This document shows, in pieces, positions 51,401-64,000 of a DNA stretch of 64,000 nt. How positions within the stretch are numbered: position 1 is the stretch's first letter; each line of letters starts with the position of its first letter. Source of the DNA: Antedon mediterranea (Eukaryota; Animalia; Echinodermata); NCBI RefSeq assembly GCF_964355755.1, contig NC_092676.1, positions 27,670,871 to 27,734,870 of the forward strand. Reading direction: 5' to 3'. The notes beneath the pieces are model-generated. The model saw only the letters and a program-made list of their open reading frames with translations. It was not told the origin of the DNA and did not search any database. The translations under genes and the position numbers were made by a program.

Positions 51401-54400
51401 TTTTTGTCAAACTAGTGTAGACAGAGCTTTACAGTAATATGACCATGCACATTTAAGCTGAAAATAAAAAGAGAAAAATATTTATACCTTGTCTGCAATT
51501 ACTGAATAGTCGTAGTATAAAAGTAGTTTTACAATCTCGGTGTGGCCTCCAGCTGCAGCTGCATGTAAAGGTAATTGTTGATCTTGTGTTATCTCACCAG
51601 CCATAGACGGGAAATACTAAAATACAAGTACAAAATATTATAAATGAGTAACATTATCAAGCTTTTAAGTTGGGAAAAGAAAAAGAGAAAGGAAGGATAG
51701 AAGAAAAAGAGAGAAAAAAGGAAAGAGAATGAATAAAGTAAGAATAAAATAAAAAAAGGGAAAAGTGAAAGAATGAAAAAAGAGGAAAAAAGAGAAAAAA
51801 AGGGAAGTTCGATGAAAGAAAAATGATTAAAGTGAAACTGTACAAACATGTAAATAGTTCATCCGCTTTTTCTTAATTTTTTGGTTATCTTGGTATATTT
51901 ATTGGATCATTCATGTGTTTAAAGCACTTTAGAAACATAAGGCTACCATTATTAATATACTCTTTGGAACTGAGGTTTTCATCTGTCAAGACAGGAATAG
52001 GACAAAAGAGAAATATATCTTTTTAGCTTTTAAATTAACCTTAAATTTCAATGTTTTTTACACAATTTTCCATTAATATTTATACAATTCTTACCTTTAA
52101 TAAGATGTCTGCTATCTCTGTAAAGCCGTACAAGCATGCAGCGTACAATGGCGTCCATTTGCATCCGCTTTCATTGGCTCTACCAGAAGCGCCACGATCT
52201 ATCAAATAGTTAACAACCACTAAATGACCATTACAACAGGCCCTGAAATAAAAAAAGGATCATATAAAGCGAAACAATTCTTTCTTTCTTTTACAGTTTT
52301 CAAAATGGTTTATGAAAGTCAATATTGAGGTAATGGAGCTGTATTGAATGTCGGAAAAATACTGGAATTGAAAGAATTTGAACCAAGAACCCTTGGATTT
52401 GATAAACATGCATGACAACCAAATGATCACATCTCTGGGGAGACTAACAACAATGTTTTGTGGATTTTAATGGATTCTTTTGTGCTAGTACCAAGTCTGG
52501 GTTAATCTAAATTCCTTCTGCTCAATATCCATAAAAAGCCTGCTCACCCAAGTTAATTTGACCTACCTGTAAGCTTTGTCTACACTATTTAGTTTGACAA
52601 ACAAAGTATGATGTGCCCAAGCATGGTAGTTATATGACATCATAGTGTCCATATGGCACATCACATTTTTTTGTCACATAAAGTTTGATAGTGTAGACAG
52701 AGCATTGTGTAACAACAGAGTTGGAGCTCAGAACCAAAGCACACTACCATCTTTTCTGGGAGAAATGTTTGATGTCACTATCCATACTTACTTAAAAAGA
52801 GGTGTAACTCCTTCAAGGTAGTCCTTATTAATGGCAGCAAGGCCAACTCTTTTCAGCAAGGATTTCAGATCTTCTAACTTTCCATCAGCACATGCCTGGA
52901 GGATCTGTGGTTCAACTTCTTTGCGCAATTTTTCTCTCTCATCTGAAAAAAAAAGAGGATAATTTTCATTCAGTATTTTTTATATTTCAATTTCTACTGT
53001 ATGTATAATATTAATAATATTAATAATAATATCATTTATCAAGCACTCTTTACCGAAGTCTCACAGCACTACATGAAAAAAATATTCTATTTAAATAGGT
53101 GAGTTTTCAAGAGAGTTTTTAATTAAAAAGGGGATGGAATGTAACGGTCAAACGAGGAAGTTGGTTCCAGATCTCTGGTGCCTGAGTACAGAAGCCCTTA
53201 GGCACGGATTGTATATAATGGTCTTCAAACTGAAAATAAATCAGTAGTTTAGTAAGTAATTTTTACTTTCAGTTGGTTGATGTTGATTCTATTACTTTTA
53301 AAATATACCATACAGGTAGGAAACACCTATGTAATTCAATTACACACCATCAATTTAATATATCACACACCGTCAATTTAGTATATTATAAACTAAGTAG
53401 AAACATCGGATTCGCAATCTTAACTAACTTGGAAACGGATAAAAAAAAACCACAAAAATAACACTCCCTAATCATTTAATAATACTTACAGAACTTCTGT
53501 TTGAAGAATTCCAATTTAGATTTGCTCATGATCGAATATTAAAATCAGAAATAATGAATAATGAAAGATAAACATCTCATTGTTCTGCAGAGTGTACCAG
53601 CATATTGTTTTAGCTGCTCAGTCAAGTGTAACAACGCGAAGAGTATTAAACTATTATTAGTAAATAATTAAGTACCATTAAATATCTATCACAACACAAT
53701 GTAATGTGTGTAGTGTTCTGTTAATAGGCTCAGTAGACAACTGACATCCATTTCTTTGATTGTCTTGTCTGCTATACCACAGTAGTAACAATATTAGGTC
53801 CTGCTGGAAATGCTCTACCAGGTATAGATTCAGACTGGTTTATATCTCAAATAGGATGAATGTAATGTGTGTAGTGTTCTGCTAAAACAACAGACTCAAA
53901 GTAAAACATCCAATATTTTTTCTCCTTCTGCTCCTACCATAGGTCTTTTTACAATGGTCTACCACACATTGGATGGTAATGATACAATCTGTGTAGCGTT
54001 CTGCTAATAATAGGCTCAAAGATAAACATTCAATATTTTTTCTCTGGCTGCTCCTACCTAAGGTCTTTTTACACTAGTATAGATTTTAGACTGGTTTACA
54101 CCTCACATTGGATGGTAATGATACAATCTGTGTAGCTTTCTGCTAATAATAGGCTCAAAGATAAACATCCAATATTTTTTCTCTGGCTGCTCCTACCTAA
54201 GGTCTTTTTACACTAGTATAGATTTTAGACTGGTTTACACCTCACATTGGATGGTAATGATAGCATTTCCTGCTATGATCTAGGTGCTCATCAGGAGGCC
54301 AATGAAATACTGGCATAATGAACACTTCCTGAAAGTCTGATTGAAGTTCACGGCAAAAGAAATTAATCACAACAGATTGACAGATTAAATGAACTTTCAT

Positions 54401-57400
54401 AAAGATAGTTTAATTAGTTTTAGATTTGGATCTTAAATAAAATAGATTTATAAGATAACATGGTTGTTGCTAACATACTCATTTTCGTATAAATGTTTAC
54501 GTTTAATAACTAATATTTTAAAGATTAATAGTGTAGTAGTTGACCGCAGCTTGGTGGTTTTGATGATTGCCTAACAACCTGGGAGCAAACTCATCATCAT
54601 CTTTTAAATTTTTATAACAAAAAACCGTTTACATAGCCTGCGTGGAATAATGCTAGCCTGGCTGGAAGACAACCTTAAATTGCCTACAATATGCATCCTT
54701 AGTGAGTAGGTGTAGACAAAAATCTCTCCAACTGATATTGCACAAAGTGTTTTAAAACTGGACTGTGATAGACCCTGAACAAGTAGTATTATATTCTAGA
54801 AATGTAATGAGTGCAAGCATGTACTGTAGCAATTACCACAAAAGCATTCGTAATTTTGTAAAAGGGGACAAAAATTATGAACTGGGCTAGCTCGGCATAC
54901 TGTATATACCATTCTTCCAATACCAATCTATTAGTAGTTTGAAATAAGGGCACTTCAGGAAAAGATTTTGTTGGAACCCTCAAATCCACCCTGGCTACAG
55001 GCTTGAATACTGGTGGGTATAAATAATTTCCAGGTGCTTGTTCTAGTTGTCCATTTGTAATAATAAACTTATATACATGTTACTGAGCTTGGCATTAAGT
55101 GTACTGAGTACTGTTGCATGCAACAAAACTAAAATATGCTAAGTAATACCGACCTGTTCCTACCCAAAGTATACAGTACTTGACTAAAACCAGCAAACAC
55201 ACAACATATCCTGAATACCACAACAATAAATTGAATATTTTTAGCAATGAGCACTCCAATTATGTAAAACGTGATGCATTGCTAATCACATAGTTTAAAG
55301 CAACAACCTACAACAATTACAGTGTGGGAATACTAATAAAGTAATAGATGTCTGTTTTGAAACTATAACTTCCTTATTGAGTTGACTTATTCAAAACTAT
55401 CATCTACACATTTGTAAAAGGGAAATCCCCTTCTATATGAACACTTTCTTGAGGTACTGTAAGTGGACTACTGTAGGCTATATAAGACAGTGTTTAAAGT
55501 CACCTGGTAATATTTTCATCTGCTGGTATTAGATGACTTTCAAAAAACATAATGGGCCTTCCCCTTTATAGATCTACATTGGTAGTAATAGGTCAGGTTT
55601 GTTTTGATTTCCTTATGATTATTCTTGGAAGGTAAAGTAAAAGTAATAGTTATTAGGTTGTCTAGATTATCACAGAACCTTACCAACAAATACAGTACCA
55701 GTAATTTAAACTACTCTATACTCAAATGTTAATTTTGGTCTATCTTTTATAATTTCTGACTTTCCGATCAATTTTTTGTACTACCTTTCTTTTGTTGTAA
55801 ATAACGCGTCAACAAAATATGAAAACTGTGTAGACAGCCTTTATTTGTTTAAAATACGGCAGAGGAATACAATTTTTTTCCGTTGTTTATTTTTTTTATC
55901 AGATAAAACCAAACAAATTTCAATTTAAATAAATATACACAAAATGATTGTTTCTAAAATGTTCCTCTATGATCCTCTATGATTAAATAAGATATTTAAA
56001 TTAAATCAGACTTACCCTGTATGCTATTAAGAAATTCCACACATTGCTGCCTGCTGTTCTTGTTAGCGACGTCCATTGGTTTGCAGTGCTCAATATCTTT
56101 GATTTCAATGTCTGCCCCGAAGTCCAGAAGTAATTTCATCGTTTCCATCTTACCGTCGCGTGCTGCTAGATGAAGTGGCGTCTGAAAATTACAGAAACTT
56201 TTATGAATAACATGTGGGCATGTTGTATGCTTAATTTTCATTTTCATTTTATCCATCCTGAAATCAGTCCATGGGATGTGGCCAATAATTTAAAAAAAAA
56301 AAAAAAAAATGATGATGATTGAGGTTTAACAAGTATCAAATAAAACTGATTTAGAATTAGATGTAGCTTATTAATATTGAAAGTAAAAGAGGCACTATAG
56401 CAACATAAAAATAAATGTATAGCCAATAAAACCACATTCCACTTTTGCTTATTAACAAATAACAGGCATTTATAATTGTATACATATAATTCAATGAAGA
56501 AGATCATTGTGAATTATCAGGATAAACAATTGAAGTAATGTAAAATCGGCTGCCGATATCCTGTATCAGATTCCAATAGAGGAATTACCACAAGTGTGGA
56601 ATGGCATCAAATTTTTTAGGGACCATTGATTTGATGTATTGTAATATAATTATTTTAATATTTATTAAAATTGGGGGTAATAAAGTTTAGTTCTAGTAGG
56701 CTTTCGAAAATTGAATAACTTTTCCAAACATAGAATGCATCTAATGTTTTGATATCGCTGCCAGACTTCCAGAACGAAACAGAATCTAAAAATAAATATC
56801 ACAACACATTTCTGGCACAAACTTGTCTGCTATAAGTCAGGCTAAAAACATTTACTCTCCGAGGCATTCTCAGAGGCATTTTAAGGTAAACTTCTATAGT
56901 CAGGCAGACATGCAAGCCAAAACATCGCTGTTTTCAACATACCGCATGGGATTGCAGGATAACAGTCAATCATGTATCCAGCGTGGGATTGTACGCACAT
57001 ATCGCGCCGGAACGAGATAACCTAATAGTTTTATTCTATTTTTACACATTCTCAGGGAAAGACATGTACAAATTAGGAAGTCAGAAATTATTTTTTTCTT
57101 GTGAGAATCGAAAATTGATGGCATGTTTTGAACAAGGAAGTTGAAATAAAAACTTAAAATTTAAAATAATATTATTGTTAAAGTAAAGCACGTACCTTCC
57201 AATAGATTCTATAATCAATCAATCAGAAAAGTACTTATGGAACAATAATGTTTTATACTATAAATAAATTTCATTGTTTACTTATAGGAAATGATCTCTC
57301 AAGGTTATTAAAACTGACATTAAGAAAAACTACATAGGGTAAAATGACTTTGAGCATTTCATTTTGACAATTCAATTGTATAAAACTAGGCTAGTCATGA

Positions 57401-58055
57401 CAATTCTTGGTCTGTCAAAGGAGGGATGATCCGCTTGAGTGAGCAGACTATAGTGAATATAGGGTATCCCATAAACTATCTAAACATAACGATACATTGT
57501 TATGATACAGTGGAACCACACCACCTATATTAGATATTGCATAAAGCTGTGTCTACACTATAAAACTTTATTATGTGACAAAAGAATGTGATATGTTTAC
57601 AGTATACAGTATGGGCATGATGATGTCATATCACTACCATTCTATCACATTTGGGTAGGGTCAATATGACAATATATGGCAACATAGTTAAAAAAAATGT
57701 TAAAATGATATTATTTATTCATAGTACTTACAAAGCACTGATACCTCTCGTTAGCAGACATGTTTGGTTCTGCGCCGCACTGCAGTAACAGCTCCACACA
57801 TTTCACACTAGCTTTACGCTCCTCGAGGTCCGCTGCGCAAACTGCATGAAGCGCAGTCCTTCCAAATGAGTCCTTATCATTTATAAATTTCTTCTGCGCT
57901 CCCTGAATCAGATCTTTAAGAAGTTCGTAGTTGGAGTAGATGGCGGCCTGGTGTATTAATTTCCCGGGAAAGTTACGATGAATGCTTTTCTTACGCCGAC
58001 TTTGCGCACGATGTCTGCTTATGGTGCGGCTGGATGTTGTGTGCTGAAGAGGCAT
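27441..58055 (-). CDS. LRRK1: Leucine-rich repeat kinase (Roco family; ANK-LRR-ROC-COR-kinase-WD40-like), LRRK1-like / invertebrate Lrrk type, ~2972 aa, 25 coding exons
   Basis: Exons (minus): 58055-57732, 56181-56016, 52942-52792, 52242-52095, 51616-51488, 46317-43903, 43480-43116, 42964-42847, 41815-41657, 41350-41228, 39377-39128, 38603-38462, 37853-37759, 36768-36646, 36315-36119, 35501-33729, 33108-32650, 32421-32170, 31304-31155, 30981-30777, 30269-30059, 29744-29493, 29078-28876, 28149-28027, 27826-27441 (8919 nt, phase-consistent). Ankyrin TPLH/TALH repeats and LRRs; ROC GKACIGKTT, STVGV, WDFGGQ, LVGTHLD; COR YFLDPQWLC, IPSLLP, PSGFWSR; kinase GIGSFG, VAIK, YRDLKAEN, DYG, GTPGYMAPE. 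Confidence 0.93.
28205..28545. repeat. 18-bp minisatellite within a pogo-like MITE remnant
   Basis: Unit cccatttcagaggacacc; the left flank agtataactcctctttttggacac resembles the MITE fragments at 21100-21172 and 11617-11722. Confidence 0.85.
30583..30717. mobile_element. Palindromic MITE family A (TIR AAGCTCTGTCTACACTATCAAACT, TA-flanked), representative copy
   Basis: About 15 copies or fragments in the window: ~9095-9250, 9418-9567, 13050-13192, 22267-22409, 27865-28008, 30583-30717, 38156-38295, 43023-43048, 43505-43645, 46769-47181, 51162-51429, 52570-52703, 57544-57640, 58121-58255, 59005-59030, 59925-60080. Internal atatcactaccatatttgggc repeats. Confidence 0.9.
31380..32100. repeat. 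20-21-bp minisatellite (array ~31505-32085) within a pogo-like MITE remnant
   Basis: Unit ggggacacca(c/t)tattaaacga; the left flank has tagaagctctcttttgggacacc and tattaaggagacac. Confidence 0.9.
33311..33486. mobile_element. ~180-bp element family D with caggcct..aggcctg ends (hAT-like)
   Basis: A reverse-complement copy at 51191-51384 is nested inside a family A MITE. Confidence 0.75.
39400..39612. mobile_element. pogo-like MITE with internal ~30-bp repeats
   Basis: TIR-like ends tactataaacctcgaaaagaagccc / gggcttattttcaaggttttacagta. Confidence 0.7.
40680..41222. repeat. 27-bp minisatellite, ~20 copies
   Basis: Unit tttgttacttctagagtgtatataata; ends a few bp from the LRRK donor at 41227. 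Confidence 0.95.
41872..42210 (+). mobile_element. tRNA-derived Deu/Nin-like SINE, second subfamily
   Basis: Box A gtggccgagcgg, box B ggttcgaggc, core gataaggactataaactgtaggtc. Confidence 0.8.
46769..47181. mobile_element. MITE family A interrupted by a tRNA-derived SINE (~46798-47040)
   Basis: Left TIR aagctctgtctacactctcaaact, then the SINE head and core, then the rest of the MITE ending agtttgatagtgtagacagagctt. Confidence 0.85.
47248..47330 (+). mobile_element. Head of an unrelated tRNA-derived SINE
   Basis: Box A tagcttggtgg and box B-like ggttcagtcc; no complete cloverleaf. Confidence 0.5.
49674..50200. repeat. 15-bp minisatellite, ~35 copies, two variants
   Basis: Unit gtaaaagtgagagg(a/g). 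Confidence 0.95.
50253..50800. repeat. 65-bp minisatellite, ~7-8 copies
   Basis: Unit gggtttctactattgcatggtcaatataatttaggtaggtaattttcaaatgcaatgattgctat. Confidence 0.9.
53010..53230 (-). mobile_element. L2-clade LINE 3' end remnant with (ATT)n tail
   Basis: The reverse strand reads GFCTQAPEIWNQLP...LKTLLKTHLFK*, followed by a short 3' UTR and an (att)n tail. Confidence 0.7.
53700..54262. repeat. ~140-bp tandem duplication with degenerate upstream copies
   Basis: atacaatctgtgtagc at 53982 and 54121; related tgtgtagtgttctg at ~53707 and 53867. Confidence 0.75.
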
Positions 58056-59038
58056 TTTGTTTGTGCTTTAAACAAGCCACCTGTAAAAATGCATACCATT
58101 CAACTAAACACATGTTTTAAAAGCTCTGTCTACACTCTCAAACTAGTTTGATAAAAAAGTGTGATGTGCCCAATATGAGAGTGATATGACATCATATCCA
58201 TATATGGGTACATTACATTTTTTGTCATATAAGTTTGATAGTGTAGACAGAGCTTAAGGCTTGCCCAAAAATACACAAAATACTTGTCTGTGTACAACAT
58301 TTCACAATACAGACTGTGATGAGAAAGATAATAAATAACAAACACAATATACCCTCTTTGAATAATGGTAGATTCCAAAACTTTCAAAAATCTTACTTTA
58401 CTTGACAGGAAAACAACGAGTTATTCTGATAGAACGATTTTGAGAAACGTACAAGCAGGAAAAAGTAGTTTATATACAGTATCTTAGTATTATGAATAAA
58501 ATAAATGGTCACCTTTTCCCACGAGGTCATTCAAACTAAAGTGTTACTAAATTGTACTATGTTTCCTTGATTGAAATTTTGGAACCACAAATGTTGCCAT
58601 GAACTGTAAATGGTTGTTTTAAAAATCAAAATTCTATATTTTTAATCATTTCTTTTCACCTTAAGATGACGTTTAATGCTTTAATTAACTGATTATTTTT
58701 GTCTAAATGAGTCATTCATTTTACGAAAGTGAAATGTTGATAAGTTGAACCGCAAAGGGACACCACAGGTCTAGCCTGCCAATTGGTTTCCTCTGAAGCG
58801 ATTGCAACAAGGGTTTAGAACGAACCGTACGTCTTGGTCAATAATCTAAAGGTTAGCAACTTGCACTAGTACGCTATGTTACCCTGACCTCTCAAACCTG
58901 ACCACAATCATTTCAACAAGTGCTTAAAATAAGTCAAGTTAATAAACAAATACGCCTCCTAAGTTTTATTGTAACTTAGGTAGGATTGTACTGTATTAGC
59001 ATGAAAGCTCTGACTACACTATCAAACTTTACAGGATA

Positions 59039-59540
59039 ATGTGCCCAAATTGGTGTCACCTAGGAAGGACTCCTCAGTGTGTGTGATGTCACCCCTCATT
59101 CGTCCACTACATTGAAACGATTACCAAATAAAATACAGAATCAAAATGTGCAATGCAAAATAACTACCAGCTCTAAACAAGTTGAATGTAGAAATAGAGT
59201 TAAAATATACAATTGTACTTGTTGATTTCAAGGAAATGTGCCCCAATTGGTATCACCTAGGAAGGACTCTACAGTGTGTGATGTCACCCCTCACTCATCC
59301 ACTACATTGAAACGATTACCAAATAAAATACAGAATAAAAATGTGCAATGCAAAATAACTACTAGCTCTAAACAAGTTGATTGTAGAAATAGAGTTAAAA
59401 TATACAATTGTACTTGTTGATTTCAAAGAAATGTGCCCCAATTGGTATACCTAGGAAGGACTCTACAGTGTGTGATGTCACTCCTCATTCATCCACTACA
59501 TTTGAAACGATTACCAAATAAAATACAGAATAAAAATGTT
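59039..59540. repeat. ~196-bp tandem repeat, 2.5 copies
   Basis: gtgccc(a/c)aattggt..cctaggaagga at 59041, 59238 and 59433. Confidence 0.9.
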
Positions 59541-62500
59541 TACCTGCTCGAACAAGGTGATTTGTGGAAATGACAAAATTATTCCAATACAGAATTACTC
59601 AATTGGAGGAATTCAATAATCAATAATAAATCCATAATAAATCAAGCGTAAAACACATGAGCTCCAAACAGTGTACTCTATAGAAACACTAAACAATAAA
59701 TGGAACACTTCCACAGAACAACGTGCTTGAATTATAGATAACATCTAATTGAACAAAGCTATTTTATGTTGAACAATCAAATATAAAGTCTAAAAGATTG
59801 TTTACATTGTCATTACGTTGTCATTGTTGCGTTTATATTTGCCTGATAAAACCTGAGGTTTGAGGAATGTTTCTGTTGGGATTCCCACCATTTTAAATGT
59901 AGGGTTTCAAATGTATTTTACATTAAGCTCTGTCCACACTATCAAACTTTTACTAACAAATGTGATGTGCCCATAATGCCCATGATGATGTCATATCACT
60001 ACCCTATTTAAGCATACCACTACCATATTTGACACATCACACTATTTTTTCAAACTAGTTTAATAGTGTGGAAAGGGCTGTAGACATGTTAATAAAATAC
60101 TGATACCCAATATATTCAATGTTTTGTTTTTCACCAACTAATAAATAAAATTTAAAATAATAAAATATAATTAAAAATATATACCATATGTTAATAATTT
60201 AAGATAAAATATTTGGTGAGCTGGGCTTCAAAGTCTGATATTTTACAAATATTGTACTTTTGTATAATTTTTATTAATTGATTGATTTTAATATACAGAT
60301 GTTTTATTCCCTTTGCTAAAAGCTGTATACACCCACATACAATTTGTATGTTTTGTGTATGTTTCGTATACAACATCCGTTTCGTATACGAAACATATAC
60401 GTCAATCAGGGTTAACATGATTTTAATATTCACTTGGAATTTACAGATGTTTGAGTATTACATTCACTTCTTATTTGTAAAAAAAGAAAAACATATTTGG
60501 ACATGTTCATTAACACTTAGCTAGCAGGATCATGTAAAGTTGAACCAAATATAGCTCAGTACCATGCAGTGTCATGTTATTAGATGTATACAGCATGTCG
60601 CCTCCTCAACGTGTTGTACAAGATATGCCTATTTCAGACAGTTAATAGAATTTGTATGGCTATTTTATTGCCGCTTTTTTTTGTAAAATGTACACAAATA
60701 GACATTAGAAACACTGCACTAAATTATTCTTTCGTAAGGTTATTATTTTTGTCATAATTATAAAATAAAAAATTATAATAATATGTACCAACATACAAAT
60801 ACCAATGGTTGCAGCTGAATAGACTTTTAACCGGTACAGTAAAATAGATATAATAAATTTAAATTAATAATAATAAAATGTTTTTACAATTAAAAAAAAA
60901 AAAAATTTAATAAAGAAACAAATCATAAAATAAATCTGTAAATTACTAAAAAAATAATGGTTTGGACAGTAATTCTGACAAACAAATTGCTAGGTATTGA
61001 AAAATATTAATAATAATTGATTTTCTGGCTTTACTGTTTGTGCCATAGTACACAAAAAAAATTAAAATAATTTCTTTTCAAAACTGATCTTTTAAAAAAA
61101 ATGGTTAGTAATGGTCATAACAGTAGTGTATTGGAAATGTGTTGAAAGGGAATAAGTAATATCTGAATGATAATTAAATTTCCTCTAGACATTATTATGG
61201 GTTAGATAAACTACAGTCATCTATTACTTGAAAACCTGCATATTTAGTTTTATTTGAATGGTGTTTACTGTTTTTGTATTTACATATACATTTTTACTTA
61301 TATGCATATATTTTCAACTTTTGCATTGTAAAATTTGTGGCGTGGTTCCTCTTTTTTGGACAATAAATATATACCTGAATTATAATACTTTCTACTGAAA
61401 CTTATGGTAACTAAATATTATATCATGTTTTAATAATATAATAGTAGTAAATCATTTTTAATACTTGAAATGTGTTTATTTTTCGTTACTTATACCGCCA
61501 ACTCTCAATACCAGACTCCCCAAAAACCAGAAACTCTCCCAAAAACAGACTTATATCGAGGATAAAAAACTTCCAAATTCATTTTTACCATTAAAAACAC
61601 ATTCTGAATACCAGACTTTCCAGAAAACCAGACATATTAGACCAACCCAAAGGTTTCCGGTATTAGGAAAGTTGACTGTATTTATATTATATATCTGATT
61701 TTATATCAAAATTTAACAACTTTAAAAGTGAGGTTAAATTTGAGAAAGACACATTTACAACAAAAAAACCAATTGCTCGTATATGATCACTAATAATTCC
61801 TTTTTGCGGCCAAGAAGTTTGTAAATAATGGAAATGAATCATATTTTAATAACTAAAAATTAACCTGCTATTTAAACTCTTAAATACATTCTTCCTTTTC
61901 GGTCATGTACTGTAGCTCATTAGTAGTAGTATTTAACTATACGGATTTTAATAATCTTTTTTTCGAATAAAATCAACAATTTATTAACTTACCTTTCAGT
62001 GAGTTTGTACTTTACTAGAGTAAATCTCATTCCATAACTGTAAATATCACTTGTTACGCATTATGTGTCTGGACACTGCAACTAGTTAGATCAACAGAGA
62101 CATGACTGAGAGACTCAACCATTCTACGCAAAAGGGAGGAAATTTAATTTAAATAACGGAAAAGAAAGACAATGCTTTTAAACGTTGAGGTGATTAATTT
62201 GTTTTTTTTAATAAGTCAAAGGATGAAGGATTTATCATAAAGTTAATTTTAAAAATTTAAATAAATCCATTAAAATAATTAAAAGTTAAAATGATTAAAT
62301 AAAATCTAAAATAAATTAAAACTTAAATTTTATCACAAAACAATTTTGGAATAGAAAACTTGACTCACTAAAAATTAAAAAAATAATAATAGAAAATGAA
62401 ATTTGAAATAAAAAATCGATTTTACACATTTTTAAATTTTGAAGTAAACACATGCATAAATTAAAGGAAGTTGACCATGATATGAAATATACTCAAGTCA

Positions 62501-62872
62501 AGTTTCATTAAAAAATATCTGTTGGTTTTGAATTTATGATCAATCTTAGAATTTTATGAAATTGCACATAGTTACACTACTGTACATGACTGTACTTTAA
62601 AAAAAACTAAGTGCACAACAACTTATATACCTATCTGTTGGCTAAGTAACAAGTTATGCCATCAGAAGAATAAAAAGAAAAAGTTTTAAAAAAATAAATA
62701 GAGAGGGCGCTAGTCTATTCTACTACAAGTTGTCACAAGTCAAATACAGTACTATATTTAATGCTTAGCTTTCTTCTAAGTTTTCTTCTTAATGCATTTT
62801 TACAGGCTAAACAAGTACCACAATGAATAGACCACAGAGTATCTGCATACAGTAAGAACTGTGATTCCATAC

Positions 62873-63148
62873 CTCAGGTGCTGTCCAATCACTAATCTCA
62901 ACTCATGGGTACTGTTGTAATTAAGGTTAAGCGTTATACGCGTATTGCATCATTTTGTTTATGCGTATCATAAGAACGTACGCTTATGTTGGTCGCGTGC
63001 GTTCTATTCAAACTAGTCTCAATAGTTGTTATGATAAGTCAGTTAGCGTATCTACGTCGAGTAGTAAGTACCGACTAGGCCCAATCAGTTGCTAACTCGT
63101 TGCTAACCTGTTGCTAACTAAATGTAAAGAGTTGATTGGCTCAAGGGT
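62873..63148. promoter_or_regulatory. Candidate bidirectional promoter for LRRK (minus) and an unidentified plus-strand transcript
   Basis: Local CpG enrichment; CCAAT boxes in both orientations (62885, 63081, 63135); three gttgctaac repeats; minus donor CTGAG|gtatgg at 62872; plus donor AAGG|gtaagt at 63147. Confidence 0.4.
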
Positions 63149-64000
63149 AAGTTAACTATTCAAAATTTAGATATACAGTATTGGTGATCATGTATAATTA
63201 ACGTATTTGTCTTTGCACATTTAGTGAATGTATAGTTATTAGAATGTTATATGTCTGTTTGTTTCAGGTTTTGAATTGTATTCCTATCGCAGCATTTACA
63301 TTAATATCTGTGATTCAGTTTATTCAAGTTAATAAAGCATTTATTATAATACAAGGCCAAGAAAACTCATTTGTTGTCACGAGTCAAGTTCTCCCACAGG
63401 TACAGTACATCATACCATGGACGTAAACATTATTTTTACCTCCATGATCATACATCACCTGTATATAGATGAAAAATAGAAAATATTTTGACAAATAATG
63501 TACATTCAAATTTTATAAAATTACTTGTAAATGTTTCTTTGCTTCACAATTCTAGTTTAAAAGTCAATACTTTTGATCATTGCTTACCTTATCTTGCTCT
63601 TGTAGTGACCATATTTGGATGCCTTTTTTATGGTATGCCATTCACCACCAGAAACTGAAGATTTCGACAGCTTGCAACCAGTTGTGTGGCCATGTTGTTT
63701 TCCAAGTACGCCATCCTTGACTTTAGCCATACATAATTGGTATCCTTGGTTTTTCACATTCATATGAAATGACTCCATCACCACTTTGTGTCTTGTCTTG
63801 TTTATCAAACAACAATTAACATATTGGATAGTATCGATTGTAGCAAGACAGTAAAATGACATCAAATATATAATTAATTAAAAAATGTACACAAGTTAAA
63901 TTAAATAAGTAATATTCGACACAGCTTGGGCCGAGCCGTCTCTTCGACATCCTTGACTTTAGCCATACACTATCCTTCGTTTTTTCACATTCATATGAAA

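Overview
AT-rich, intron-rich animal (invertebrate-like) genomic DNA, not prokaryotic. By hand I could assemble five phase-consistent GT-AG spliced genes. (1) CEP43/FGFR1OP on the minus strand (8367..1422, 14 exons), with an unexpected internal EF-hand pair and an 18-nt microexon. (2) A head-to-head NAGPA/uncovering-enzyme homologue (+, 9015..11887) that stops before the intact EGF/transmembrane tail. (3,4) Two tandem ENPP4/5-like ecto-nucleotide pyrophosphatases (+); one has a substituted catalytic motif (TKTLSNH vs TKTFPNH), and their membrane anchors differ. (5) A ~2970-aa ANK-LRR-ROC-COR-kinase-WD40 LRRK (-, 58055..27441, 25 coding exons) whose kinase insert resembles the fly/worm Lrrk type. 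Introns and intergenic DNA contain many palindromic MITE families, tRNA-headed Deu/Nin-domain SINEs, LINE 3' remnants and minisatellites; several minisatellites visibly arose by amplification inside a MITE. All gene models are manual predictions with no transcript evidence, and homology statements come from remembered family features, not database searches.
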